64,000 nt of DNA, from positions 619 to 64,618 of the forward strand of contig JAQUQE010000003.1 in the NCBI GenBank assembly GCA_028716225.1, in the 5' to 3' direction. Of this stretch, positions 41,283 to 50,010 are shown one piece after another. Origin of the DNA: Dehalococcoidales bacterium. GTDB taxonomy: Bacteria > Chloroflexota > Dehalococcoidia > Dehalococcoidales > UBA5760. The translations under genes were made by a program, and so were the position numbers. Position 1 is the stretch's first letter. Each line of letters opens with the position of its first letter. Below the pieces are notes generated by a model. It was not told the origin of the DNA. It was given only the letters and a program-made list of their open reading frames with translations, and did no database searches.

Positions 41283-41774
41283 TTGCGGCAGTATCTAGAG
41301 GCGTTTCTCGATATTGAGACGACCGGGCTTTCTCCTGAATACGGAGAGATCACTGTGATAGGTATTCACCTCTCTAACGGGCTTGATACCAGCTTTGTCC
41401 AGTTGGTATGGCCGGAGATCACGGCTGACAGCCTGTCTGAAGCTCTGGCAGGTGTAGATGTTATCTACACCTATAACGGCAGCCGTTTTGACCTTCCTTT
41501 TATCTGCTCGCGTCTGGGGCTTGACCTGACCGGACTTTTTAGGCATCAAGACCTGATGTATGACTGCTGGCGGAAGAATCTCTACGGTGGCTTGAAGTGC
41601 GTGGAGAGGCAGTTGGGCATACCGAGGCGGCTGACGGAGGTAAACGGATATCAAGCGGTGATTCTCTGGTGGCGGTATATAAACGATCATGACCGGGATG
41701 CCCTTGCCACGTTGCTTGATTACAACAAGGAAGATGTCATTAACCTGAAGGCATTAAAAGAAGTGCTGCTATGA
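41283..41774 (+). CDS. RNase H-like / DEDD 3'-5' exonuclease domain protein (YprB-like)
   Basis: 163 aa with LDIETTGL (Exo I) and YNGSRFDLPF (Exo II), plus a distal D/H region. Confidence 0.65.
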   Translation: MRQYLEAFLDIETTGLSPEYGEITVIGIHLSNGLDTSFVQLVWPEITADSLSEALAGVDVIYTYNGSRFDLPFICSRLGLDLTGLFRHQDLMYDCWRKNLYGGLKCVERQLGIPRRLTEVNGYQAVILWWRYINDHDRDALATLLDYNKEDVINLKALKEVLL

Positions 41775-41815
41775 CATCAAGACTATAGTCCCGTAGCCGT
41801 AATAACTAATAGCCG

Positions 41816-41944
41816 TTATTCTATTTTGCCGCGCAGTTTCCTTACCGGATTACAGGATTCGCAGGGTACTTTGGTCTGGCAGAGCCCGCAGCTGATCATA
41901 CCTGCTTCATACTCCTTACTCAGGTAAGCAATGTTATTACGCAT
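41816..41944 (-). CDS. Possible small zinc-ribbon protein (42 aa; CGLC...CESC). Not in the ORF track.
   Basis: Hand translation gives MRNNIAYLSKEYEAGMISCGLCQTKVPCESCNPVRKLRGKIE. The SD is weak. It fills an otherwise empty 260-nt gap. Confidence 0.25.
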   Translation of the reverse strand: MRNNIAYLSKEYEAGMISCGLCQTKVPCESCNPVRKLRGKIE

Positions 41945-42036
41945 ATAGGTTTCACACTTTACCTTTGTATAATAATTGATGGCTAGTTATAATAGTTATA
42001 AATTGGCCGGTCAGATTGATCCGACGGGGGTGTGAT

Positions 42037-43545
42037 ATGGAGAAGATGCGCCATAAGTATCTCGGGATGTTCGAGCCGAAGAGGATAATTGATAATCCCT
42101 CGGATGGGGAGTTGAAGGAGTGGGCTTTTGAGAAAGGGGGGGTGATAACGGAGTTCGGTAACCTGGCGGTAACCACCAATGTACGGAACAGGATTGCCAA
42201 GTTTACCGAGGTGGTGATGAGTGAGCCTGCTCCGGAAGACGACCGGCTTATCCGTAATGTTATGGATTACCTGAAGACTAAAGAGATGATACAACTCGAC
42301 CGGGTGATGTGTCATAATCCTGCATTCAAGAGGAATTGTCGTGTCTATGTCACTGCCGATTATCCCCGTATACCGCTGATGTGGGGCAATACCCTGTTTC
42401 CCTCACAGGGTGGTGAACCTGATTTCGTTAGTATTACTGTTCCGGAATGGCCGGAGAAGAGGACCCTGGTCTTTCCCGGCTCGGGTCTGACCATCATTCT
42501 GGGTAGTGATTATAAAGGCGAGAACAAGAAGGCGATGTTGCGTCAGGTGATGTACTGGGCGAAGCAGGATGGCAACCTGGGGCTTCATGCTGCCAGTAAA
42601 ATAATAAGGGTATTCCGTAGCGGGGAGCTCAAGGAATTCGGTTTTCTCCTCTTCGGTCTCAGCGGTACCGGCAAGACCTCACTCTCCTGTCACTCTCACT
42701 GGTTGCGTCCTCCGGAGAGGGTGGTCATCCGTCAGGATGATGTTGTGATACTGAGGGTTGATGGCAGTGCTGTCGGTACCGAAGAGTCTTTCTATCTTAA
42801 GACTGATGGACTGGAGCCTGACTCGCAGCCGCTTTTATATGCGGCGGCGATAAGCCCGCGGGCAATACTGGAAAATGTCTTCGTTGATCCTGAGACAGGT
42901 AAGGTGAACTTCTTTGACACCACATTGACCTCCAACGGGCGGGCGATGGTGAAAAGGGGTGACATCGCTTTTACCGATGGTAATATTGATTTGCAGAAGG
43001 TCGACTTCGTCATCTTTATCACCAGGCGTCAGGATATTCTCCCTCCGGTGATGCGGCTTACCCCGGAGTGGGCTGCCGCTGCCTTTATGCTCGGTGAGTC
43101 GGTAGAGACCTCAGCCGGTGATCCGGCAGAGGCGGGCAAGCTGCGGAGAGTGGTCGGCACCAACCCCTTTATTGTCGGTTCGGCCGACGAGGAAGGTAAT
43201 ACCTTCCTCAACATCCTGAAGCGTAATCCCGACATACAATGTTTTATTCTGAATACGGGAACAGTGGGTGGAGCCGAGAGAGGGCAGAAGATTACGGTGA
43301 AGGACTCGGTGAAGATATTGGAAATGATTGCCCGCGATGAGATTGTATGGCAGCAAGATAAATTCTGGGGCTATGATGTCCCGGTGCATATACCCGGTAT
43401 TGATATGACCCGGTTTTATCTTGATAATTACTACTCCAAGGAGCAGATACAGGGAATCTCGGCGGATCTGAAGCAGGAGAGACTGGCGTGGCTTTCCCGT
43501 TTTGAGCGTCTGGATAAGGCTATTCTCCGTGCCATTGCGCCTTGA
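42037..43545 (+). CDS. pckA: Phosphoenolpyruvate carboxykinase (ATP)
   Basis: The kinase-1a motif GLSGTGKTSLS and a PEPCK_ATP layout. I chose ATG 42037, which has a GGGGGTG SD 4 nt upstream. Confidence 0.9.
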   Translation: MEKMRHKYLGMFEPKRIIDNPSDGELKEWAFEKGGVITEFGNLAVTTNVRNRIAKFTEVVMSEPAPEDDRLIRNVMDYLKTKEMIQLDRVMCHNPAFKRNCRVYVTADYPRIPLMWGNTLFPSQGGEPDFVSITVPEWPEKRTLVFPGSGLTIILGSDYKGENKKAMLRQVMYWAKQDGNLGLHAASKIIRVFRSGELKEFGFLLFGLSGTGKTSLSCHSHWLRPPERVVIRQDDVVILRVDGSAVGTEESFYLKTDGLEPDSQPLLYAAAISPRAILENVFVDPETGKVNFFDTTLTSNGRAMVKRGDIAFTDGNIDLQKVDFVIFITRRQDILPPVMRLTPEWAAAAFMLGESVETSAGDPAEAGKLRRVVGTNPFIVGSADEEGNTFLNILKRNPDIQCFILNTGTVGGAERGQKITVKDSVKILEMIARDEIVWQQDKFWGYDVPVHIPGIDMTRFYLDNYYSKEQIQGISADLKQERLAWLSRFERLDKAILRAIAP

Positions 43546-43571
43546 GTCGGCAGCGAATTTACTGCTTGAAT

Positions 43572-44471
43572 CTAACCTGCTTTTCTCAGTCTGCGCATAC
43601 GTATCCGGTCGGAGGCCGAGCGGGCGATAGCATCGCTGACCCGGCAGACTCTTACCATCTGCTGCACATCATGTACCCGTACGATATCGGCACCCTTGGC
43701 AATACTGATGGCTACGGAGGCGGCGGTACCTTCGGTACGTTCATCAGCGGGAAGGTCAAGAACTATACCGATAAAGGATTTGCGGGAAGGCCCGACCAGA
43801 ATCGGTCTTCCCAGTTCGTTCAGCTCTTCCAGCCGCTGTATGATTTCCAGATTTTGCTGCCAGGTTTTGCCGAACCCGATACCGGGGTCGACGATAAGAT
43901 TCTCCCAGGGTACCCCCAGGCTTAATGCCATCTCCAGGCTTTTCCGAAGGGATGAGGTTATCTCAGTGATGACATCATCATAATATGATACTTCGCTCTT
44001 AATTCTCGGGTCGTAGCCTGATTTGTCACGCTGGTTGCTCATCAGAATAAGAGGAATTCCCTTTTCCGCAGCCAGTTCAGCCAGCCGGGGGTCTCGTTTC
44101 AGTCCCCACTGGTCATTGAGCATCGTTGCTCCGACCTCAACCGCCTGGCGGGCTACCTCCGATTTGTAGGTGTCAACACTCAGGGGGATGTTTACCTCGG
44201 AAGCCAACCGCTCTACTACCGGAACAACGCGCTTAATCTCCTCGTTTATTGAGATTGGGGTTGAGCCGGGGCGGGTGGATTCGCCGCCGATGTCGAGGAT
44301 GTCGGCGCCTTCACTTACGAAGCGCTGTGCCTGTGCTGCTGCTGCTTCGATGTTACTGATTCCGTCACCGGAAAAAGAGTCCGGGGACACATTGATAACT
44401 CCCATAACATAGGTCCGCTCCCCCCAGTGAAACTCGGTATTACCGCATCTGGTAGTGCCGAACCGGTTCAT
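43572..44471 (-). CDS. folP: Dihydropteroate synthase
   Basis: 299 aa with VMGVINVSPDSFSGDG, DIGGESTRPG and VGPSRKSF. Confidence 0.92.
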   Translation of the reverse strand: MNRFGTTRCGNTEFHWGERTYVMGVINVSPDSFSGDGISNIEAAAAQAQRFVSEGADILDIGGESTRPGSTPISINEEIKRVVPVVERLASEVNIPLSVDTYKSEVARQAVEVGATMLNDQWGLKRDPRLAELAAEKGIPLILMSNQRDKSGYDPRIKSEVSYYDDVITEITSSLRKSLEMALSLGVPWENLIVDPGIGFGKTWQQNLEIIQRLEELNELGRPILVGPSRKSFIGIVLDLPADERTEGTAASVAISIAKGADIVRVHDVQQMVRVCRVSDAIARSASDRIRMRRLRKAG

Positions 44472-44551
44472 AATCAGCCCCCCTCCCTCTTTTCAATATT
44501 ATATCGCTAAAGTCAGGAAAGAGCACTTCTTCAGGATTGGTTAGTATCATC

Positions 44552-46594
44552 TTACTTAGGCAGGTCTGCTGCGGGTATCGCCTCCTTGACTCTGGCAACC
44601 GCCTCTGAGCCAATGGCCTCGGCGGCCTGTAAAGCACCTTCAACCGCCTCGGTCGCCGCTAATTTTTCCGGTACGCCTGACTGAATAGACAATTCTTTGG
44701 CTGTCTCTATTGTCTTGGCAGCAGCGGCCACCAGATCACCGTGTGTTTCAGCAGTCCCCTGTATGACGCCCTGGCTGGCTCCCAGTATGGCATCGTGCGG
44801 GTCTGCCCCCGCCCGGGTGGAGGCTTCCACCACACCTGTCACCACAGCAGCGGCCAGTTGTCCTGAGTCCACCGGTTTGTCATCGGCAATATGTACCGCT
44901 CCGCGTGCTGCCTGCCTTGAAATCTCTTCTCCGTGTATCCTTACCTCTGCCTTTTTACCTTTCAATACTCCATTCAGGCCGTCCTCCAGGGACTTGCTGA
45001 CTTTCTTGGTTACCCGTCGGCCGCGCATGGCTGCCATGGCAGCCACCCGGCCAATCTCCGCAATTTGATAAGCAGTAACGCCCAGGGCAGCATCCAGTCC
45101 CATCGGTAGCCGCCTTAGATTACCGAAGGGGAAGTTGGCTGTCAGGTTGAAGGCGGGTACGGAACTCATGGGACGGGAGAACTCGCGAGTTGGGAACATC
45201 AGTGATTCAAGTATTACTTCGCGACTCACCTCTCCCTCCTCTCGCAGCCTTGCCAGCATGGCTAGAGTAACCAGTCCTGCAATAAAGGTGATACCGAACA
45301 AGAAATCGTAGCCCATCATATTGACAACCGGAAACTGAACCGAGCCGGTCGGGGCAATCCAGGTAAGAGTAAGGTCTAGCTGACGCGTGCCGAAGAAGAT
45401 GGCCAGCAGACCGCCTACCAGAGGGCCTAAACCGGCCCCCAGATTAGTCGCCAGTGATGAGGCTGCCAGGTAGGAGGTTGCCTCCCCTTTAGGGGCCAGT
45501 TTCAAACCGATGGTACCTACGGTCAGTGTCACCCCGGCGTTGGCAATACCGGCGAATATATGCAGGATGAATAGCAGGGGTAAGGTAAGGAAGTATCTTT
45601 CCGGCATAGTGGTAAATATCCAGCCGAGAATGACCAGCAGGTAGAGCGAGGCGCATATGGAGAGGATCACCTTATTGCCGAATCTATCGACGAAATTACC
45701 CCATACCCGCAGAAATAATATATTGAAGATTTGCCCGGTGATGCTCAGGATAATCACCCATGTTAGCGATAGCCCAAGTTGCTCGAACATATAGACAGCA
45801 AAAAAGGGAACCGCGAGGTTCAAAGCAAAATTCCACGAAAACAGAAATTGTACCAGCCGCTTGAAGTTCGTGTCCCTGAAGGGTACCATGAGTCTTTGCC
45901 AGAGAGAGGTTTGAGGCCCGGTTACCGGTTGCATTAACGGTTCAGGCATGCGTGACATGAAGATGGGACTGAGCAGCCCCAGACTCAATGCTCCGAAGAG
46001 AAGGACGTAGGTATAGCCAAAGACAGCACTACCTGTGGCGGCATGATGAAGCCAGTAGTCAACAAATAGCGCGGCTGCCAGGCTGAAGGCGATGCCGGTG
46101 GCTGTAGCGAAGATTAGCCTTCTGGAAAAGAATCTCCCCAGTATCGTTTGGGGAACTAGGTCGCGGACCCAGCCATTCCAGGCGGTGTTGGTCGAGGCAT
46201 GGAAAAGGCCGCGGATGGCCATCAGAGCCAGTAGTAGGGATATCGCTTTATCCCCGGGGATTGCTATGAAGGTTGGGATGAGGGCGATGGGAATCCAGAA
46301 CGACTGGGCGATAAACCAGCTAATCACAGCTATCGCCTTACGCTGCCTGAATTTCTCCACGAGAGAAATGGCGGGTAGCTGCAGTATTTGCATCAGGAAC
46401 GGTAGCGCCGCCAAAATGCCGATTTGCAGACTGTTGGCGCCCAGTGCCAGGGCATAAGCCACCAGGAAACCGCTGGTGGTAATGCTGTTAAAACCGAGAG
46501 ATACTGTTCCTTCCAGTGTTAACCAGCGTAAACCGGAGGCTAGCTCCGCCTCGGAAATGGTGGGTTTAGGCTTGAAAGTCCGGGGGAATTTCAC
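44552..46594 (-). CDS. MFS transporter with a C-terminal Ala-rich soluble extension of about 200 aa
   Basis: 680 aa. About 12 hydrophobic helices span residues 30-470. A non-membrane tail follows (AAMAAMRGRR ... AAAKTIETAKEL ... EAVEGALQAAEAIG). Confidence 0.8.
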   Translation of the reverse strand: MKFPRTFKPKPTISEAELASGLRWLTLEGTVSLGFNSITTSGFLVAYALALGANSLQIGILAALPFLMQILQLPAISLVEKFRQRKAIAVISWFIAQSFWIPIALIPTFIAIPGDKAISLLLALMAIRGLFHASTNTAWNGWVRDLVPQTILGRFFSRRLIFATATGIAFSLAAALFVDYWLHHAATGSAVFGYTYVLLFGALSLGLLSPIFMSRMPEPLMQPVTGPQTSLWQRLMVPFRDTNFKRLVQFLFSWNFALNLAVPFFAVYMFEQLGLSLTWVIILSITGQIFNILFLRVWGNFVDRFGNKVILSICASLYLLVILGWIFTTMPERYFLTLPLLFILHIFAGIANAGVTLTVGTIGLKLAPKGEATSYLAASSLATNLGAGLGPLVGGLLAIFFGTRQLDLTLTWIAPTGSVQFPVVNMMGYDFLFGITFIAGLVTLAMLARLREEGEVSREVILESLMFPTREFSRPMSSVPAFNLTANFPFGNLRRLPMGLDAALGVTAYQIAEIGRVAAMAAMRGRRVTKKVSKSLEDGLNGVLKGKKAEVRIHGEEISRQAARGAVHIADDKPVDSGQLAAAVVTGVVEASTRAGADPHDAILGASQGVIQGTAETHGDLVAAAAKTIETAKELSIQSGVPEKLAATEAVEGALQAAEAIGSEAVARVKEAIPAADLPK

Positions 46595-46676
46595 GGGAAA
46601 TAGACCTCAGGGGGCTAATATTACGGTGCTCTCCTCTACTTCTTCGTCGAAAGAGCTGGATTTATGGCGGATCACG

Positions 46677-46982
46677 CTACGGCGTCCCGGTTTTTGGCTT
46701 TCGTGTTTTACTCTTCCACCCCAGCATTACCAGCAACTCTCCTACTGCAGCGTCACCCATTTCTTCCTTCATTGGCATGTTAGAGTGGATCTTGTATTTA
46801 TTCTGCCGGCCTACTTTGATTTTTGTAATATATCCCTCTGCTTCAAGATCCATGATGATCCTGTGGGCAGTTCGTTCTGTTACTCCGATATTGTCTCCGA
46901 TTTCTCGGGCGGTAAGATTCGGGTGCTTGGCAATGGTTGCTAAAACCAGTCCGTGATTGGTGATAAAAGTCCAATCGCCCAT
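46677..46982 (-). CDS. Winged-helix DNA-binding protein (MarR/ArsR-like wHTH)
   Basis: LATIAKHPNLTAREIGDNIGVTERTAHRIIMDLEAEGYITKIKVGRQNKY. I chose ATG 46982, which has a GAGGAGG SD. Confidence 0.75.
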   Translation of the reverse strand: MGDWTFITNHGLVLATIAKHPNLTAREIGDNIGVTERTAHRIIMDLEAEGYITKIKVGRQNKYKIHSNMPMKEEMGDAAVGELLVMLGWKSKTRKPKTGTP

Positions 46983-47027
46983 TTCAAACCTCCTCAAAAA
47001 TAATTTTTAAAATCACCCCAAAAATAC

Positions 47028-47055
47028 TTGACAAAGTCCCCAAAATATTTATAAT
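47028..47055 (+). promoter_or_regulatory. Consensus sigma-70-type promoter (TTGACA-16-TATAAT) of the kamA/ATP-grasp operon
   Basis: Read directly. It is flanked and interleaved by the direct repeats CCCCAAAAATA (47016-47026) and CCCCAAAATA (47038-47047). Confidence 0.6.
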
Positions 47056-47223
47056 TCTATTCCAGACATATATTTCTAGTCTTTTATATGTTGTATTATG
47101 TTACCAGAAAAGTAATGCGAAATCAATAGAGGTGGCCGGCTGATTAAAGTCATAAAGTTCAACTGACGGTAGTATACAGTCCGAGAGGACTAATTACAGC
47201 TAATTTTTTAAATGGGGGGTTAG

Positions 47224-47553
47224 TTGAAGCATCTGCATTTGAGGAGGAATAGCGAATCGAGAACATTACCGGATGCGGCACAAAAGTATCTGAGGCGGCA
47301 GTTTATGCTTCAGAACGAATATGTTGACAAGCTCAGGTGTTTTGAGATGGATGGCATCTTCCGTGAGCGACCGGTAAAGCGTATCCGTGTCTTTAACCCC
47401 GCCCTGGCTAAAAAGAACCGGGTAGCTATTCGTACTAATTCAGACCTGGAGCTTCATCCTGAGGTACTGGTCTTTGAGGGACATATTGATGCGGAGGATA
47501 AAATTTACTTTGCCGATCGGCGAGCGATGATGCGCAAGATGGAGGAATCATAG
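47224..47553 (+). CDS. Hypothetical protein (109 aa), first gene of the operon
   Basis: TTG start with a GGGGGG SD 4 nt upstream. The protein is basic. I do not recognise a family. Confidence 0.45.
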   Translation: MKHLHLRRNSESRTLPDAAQKYLRRQFMLQNEYVDKLRCFEMDGIFRERPVKRIRVFNPALAKKNRVAIRTNSDLELHPEVLVFEGHIDAEDKIYFADRRAMMRKMEES

Positions 47554-47629
47554 TGCGGTATCGGTGGACTAACAGGGTTATTTGAGTATTTTACCGTTAT
47601 AGAACGGGGAAAAGGAGATAGGAAACAGA

Positions 47630-48982
47630 GTGAACACATCAGCAAGGGCTATAAAAGACCGGCCAGTAATCGGATGTAAAGAAAGATCAGATAGGGCAGA
47701 AAATAGCGGGGGTGTCGTCGAAGACGAACCTCCCGGTAAAGCCGATACCTTCGGCAATTGCGCAGAGGAACCACCAAGTAAGACCGCCACCAACAGAGAC
47801 AGGTTTTTCGGTAATGTACCGGACAGTAACTGGAACGACTGGAGGTGGCATTTTCGTAACCGCATCACTACTGTTGATAAACTGGCTGGCTTTATCCCGC
47901 TGTCCGGTAGTGAGAAGGCTCAGATCAAGCTGGTCACCATGAAGTACCCCCTTTCCGTGACCCCCTATTATCTCTCGCTGATCAACCCGGACGATCCGGA
48001 AGACCCGATTAGGAAACAGGCGATACCATCTATCCTGGAGATCACTATGGGGATGGTGGGTCTGGAAGACCCTCTTGATGAGATGAGGGATTCGGTAGTG
48101 CCAGGTCTGGTTCACCGCTACCCCGACCGGGTCTTGATGGTGCTTACCGATATCTGTCCTATGCTCTGCCGGCACTGTACCCGTAAGCGAGAGTGGCGGA
48201 ACGGCGGTTGGGTACGTAATCCCGCCGAGGTTGAAGCCATGCTTGACTATATTCGCCACCATGAAGCCATCAGGGATGTCATCATATCGGGCGGTGACCC
48301 CTTGACGCTTTCCACGCCTCATCTGGAGGGGGTCATCTCTAAAATCAGAGCTATTAAACATGTGGAGATCATCCGTATCGGGACTAGATTTCCGGTAGTG
48401 CTCCCGCAGCGTATTGACGATGAGCTGTGTGCGATGCTGTCCCGGTACGGTCCGATATGGCTCAACACGCATTTTAATCACCATCAAGAAATCACCCCGG
48501 AAGCGGCGGCGGCCTGCGACCGGTTACTCCGTAGCGGTATTCCGGTCAACAACCAGTCGGTGCTCTTGCGCGGAGTGAATGACAGCGTGGCGGCTCAGAT
48601 GAAGCTGTGCCACGGACTACTCAGAATTAAGGTGCGCCCCTACTATCTGTTCCAGTGTGACGAGGTGCAGGGTACCGAGCACCTGCGCACCCCGGTTGAT
48701 GCTGGTATCAGCATTATTGAAGGGCTACGCGGACATACCTCAGGGCTGGCGGTACCTACCTTTGTGATAGACTTACCTCAGGGGGGTGGCAAGGTGCCCG
48801 TACAGCCAAACTATGTCCTGACAAAGAAGAAGGGAGAGCTGCTGCTGAGAAACTACGAGAGACGCTTCTTCCGTTACCGCAATCTGAAAGTACCGGCAGA
48901 TCTGGAGCCGGAGCCGGCACCGGAGGTAATAAGTCCTTTAAGCGGTTCTGATTCCGGCTTACTGGTAGAAACGGGGGCCTAA
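47630..48982 (+). CDS. kamA: Lysine 2,3-aminomutase (KamA/AblA family radical SAM, PLP-dependent)
   Basis: 450 aa. It aligns by eye with Clostridium subterminale LAM: WNDWRWHFRNRI, the cluster motif CPMLCRHCTRKR, SGGDPL, QCDEVQG, and VIDLPQGGGK (PLP Lys). Confidence 0.9.
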   Translation: MNTSARAIKDRPVIGCKERSDRAENSGGVVEDEPPGKADTFGNCAEEPPSKTATNRDRFFGNVPDSNWNDWRWHFRNRITTVDKLAGFIPLSGSEKAQIKLVTMKYPLSVTPYYLSLINPDDPEDPIRKQAIPSILEITMGMVGLEDPLDEMRDSVVPGLVHRYPDRVLMVLTDICPMLCRHCTRKREWRNGGWVRNPAEVEAMLDYIRHHEAIRDVIISGGDPLTLSTPHLEGVISKIRAIKHVEIIRIGTRFPVVLPQRIDDELCAMLSRYGPIWLNTHFNHHQEITPEAAAACDRLLRSGIPVNNQSVLLRGVNDSVAAQMKLCHGLLRIKVRPYYLFQCDEVQGTEHLRTPVDAGISIIEGLRGHTSGLAVPTFVIDLPQGGGKVPVQPNYVLTKKKGELLLRNYERRFFRYRNLKVPADLEPEPAPEVISPLSGSDSGLLVETGA

Positions 48983-48993
48983 TCCGGGGGTTA

Positions 48994-50004
48994 GTGATGC
49001 GTATTGGTCTGGCCTATGATCTTAAAGAGGTTATCAATCCGGAGGCGGATGGTCCTGAGGATGCCCTGGAAGAGTATGATTCCGGTGAGACGATTGATCT
49101 GATTAGCACGGCGTTTAAATCAGCCGGTCATTCGGTAGTCAATATGGGCGGGGGATCTGATTTTCTTCTTAATATTCTCAGGGAAAGAGTTGACCTGGTC
49201 TTCAACATAGCTGAGGGTAGGGGTAACTACCGAAGCCGGGAGGCCCAGGTGCCCTCCGTTCTGGAGATGCTGGACATCCCTTACTCCGGTTCTGATCCTC
49301 AGTGTCTGGCGATTTGCCTCGATAAGCCCCTTACCAAGCAGTTGATTAAAGCCGCGGGTGTCCCTACTCCGGCCTGGCATGTTATTGATACTCCGGAGCA
49401 TCTATCAGCGGTGTCCTGGAACGGACTAGCCTACCCGGCGATTATCAAGCCCGCTTACGAGGGTTCAAGCAAGGGCATTCATGTTGGCTCTCTGGTAAGC
49501 AACCCGGAGGAAGCAGTTGAGGTGGTAGGGCGTCTTCTTAAATGCTATCGGCAGCCGATGATGCTGGAGGAGTTTATTCCCGGTGATGAGGTCACTGTAG
49601 GTGTAGTCGGTAATACACCGCCCGCAGTACTGGGTATGATGAGGATAGTGCCCAAGAAAAAGGTTGACCATTTTGTCTACTCGCTTGAGGTGAAGCGTGA
49701 CTACCTCAATCTGGTTGACTACGAGTGCCCGGCCCGTCTTGAAGAAGATGTCTTAGCGGAGATAGCGGCATCCAGCCTTAAGGCCTTTTCCGTGCTGGGG
49801 TGCCGGGACTTTGCCCGGTTGGACTTTAGAGTTGGCCCGGATAGAATACCCTATTTTATTGAGGTAAACCCTCTGCCCGGGCTTGGTACATACAGCGACC
49901 TGATTATCATGGCACTCAAGCTGGGCTGGCGTTATGAGGAACTCATCGACACTATACTCAGGGCGGTGGTAAAGAGATATCCGCAATGCGTGCTGGCTCG
50001 GTGA
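48994..50004 (+). CDS. ATP-grasp ligase, D-alanine--D-alanine ligase family (paralog 1)
   Basis: 336 aa with LEMLDIPYSGS, LDKPLTKQL, EEFIPGDEVTVGVVG and ARLDFRV...YFIEVNPLPG. Confidence 0.85.
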   Translation: MMRIGLAYDLKEVINPEADGPEDALEEYDSGETIDLISTAFKSAGHSVVNMGGGSDFLLNILRERVDLVFNIAEGRGNYRSREAQVPSVLEMLDIPYSGSDPQCLAICLDKPLTKQLIKAAGVPTPAWHVIDTPEHLSAVSWNGLAYPAIIKPAYEGSSKGIHVGSLVSNPEEAVEVVGRLLKCYRQPMMLEEFIPGDEVTVGVVGNTPPAVLGMMRIVPKKKVDHFVYSLEVKRDYLNLVDYECPARLEEDVLAEIAASSLKAFSVLGCRDFARLDFRVGPDRIPYFIEVNPLPGLGTYSDLIIMALKLGWRYEELIDTILRAVVKRYPQCVLAR

Positions 50005-50010
50005 GAGGGT

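Noticed and set aside
47130-47223. An L-box (lysine riboswitch)-like start, ATAGAGGTGG, in the leader of the kamA operon.
   Set aside because: Only the first ~10 nt resemble the L-box 5' end. The remaining ~95 nt are far too short for the five-helix L-box and lack its conserved internal loops. No terminator or sequestering hairpin was found.
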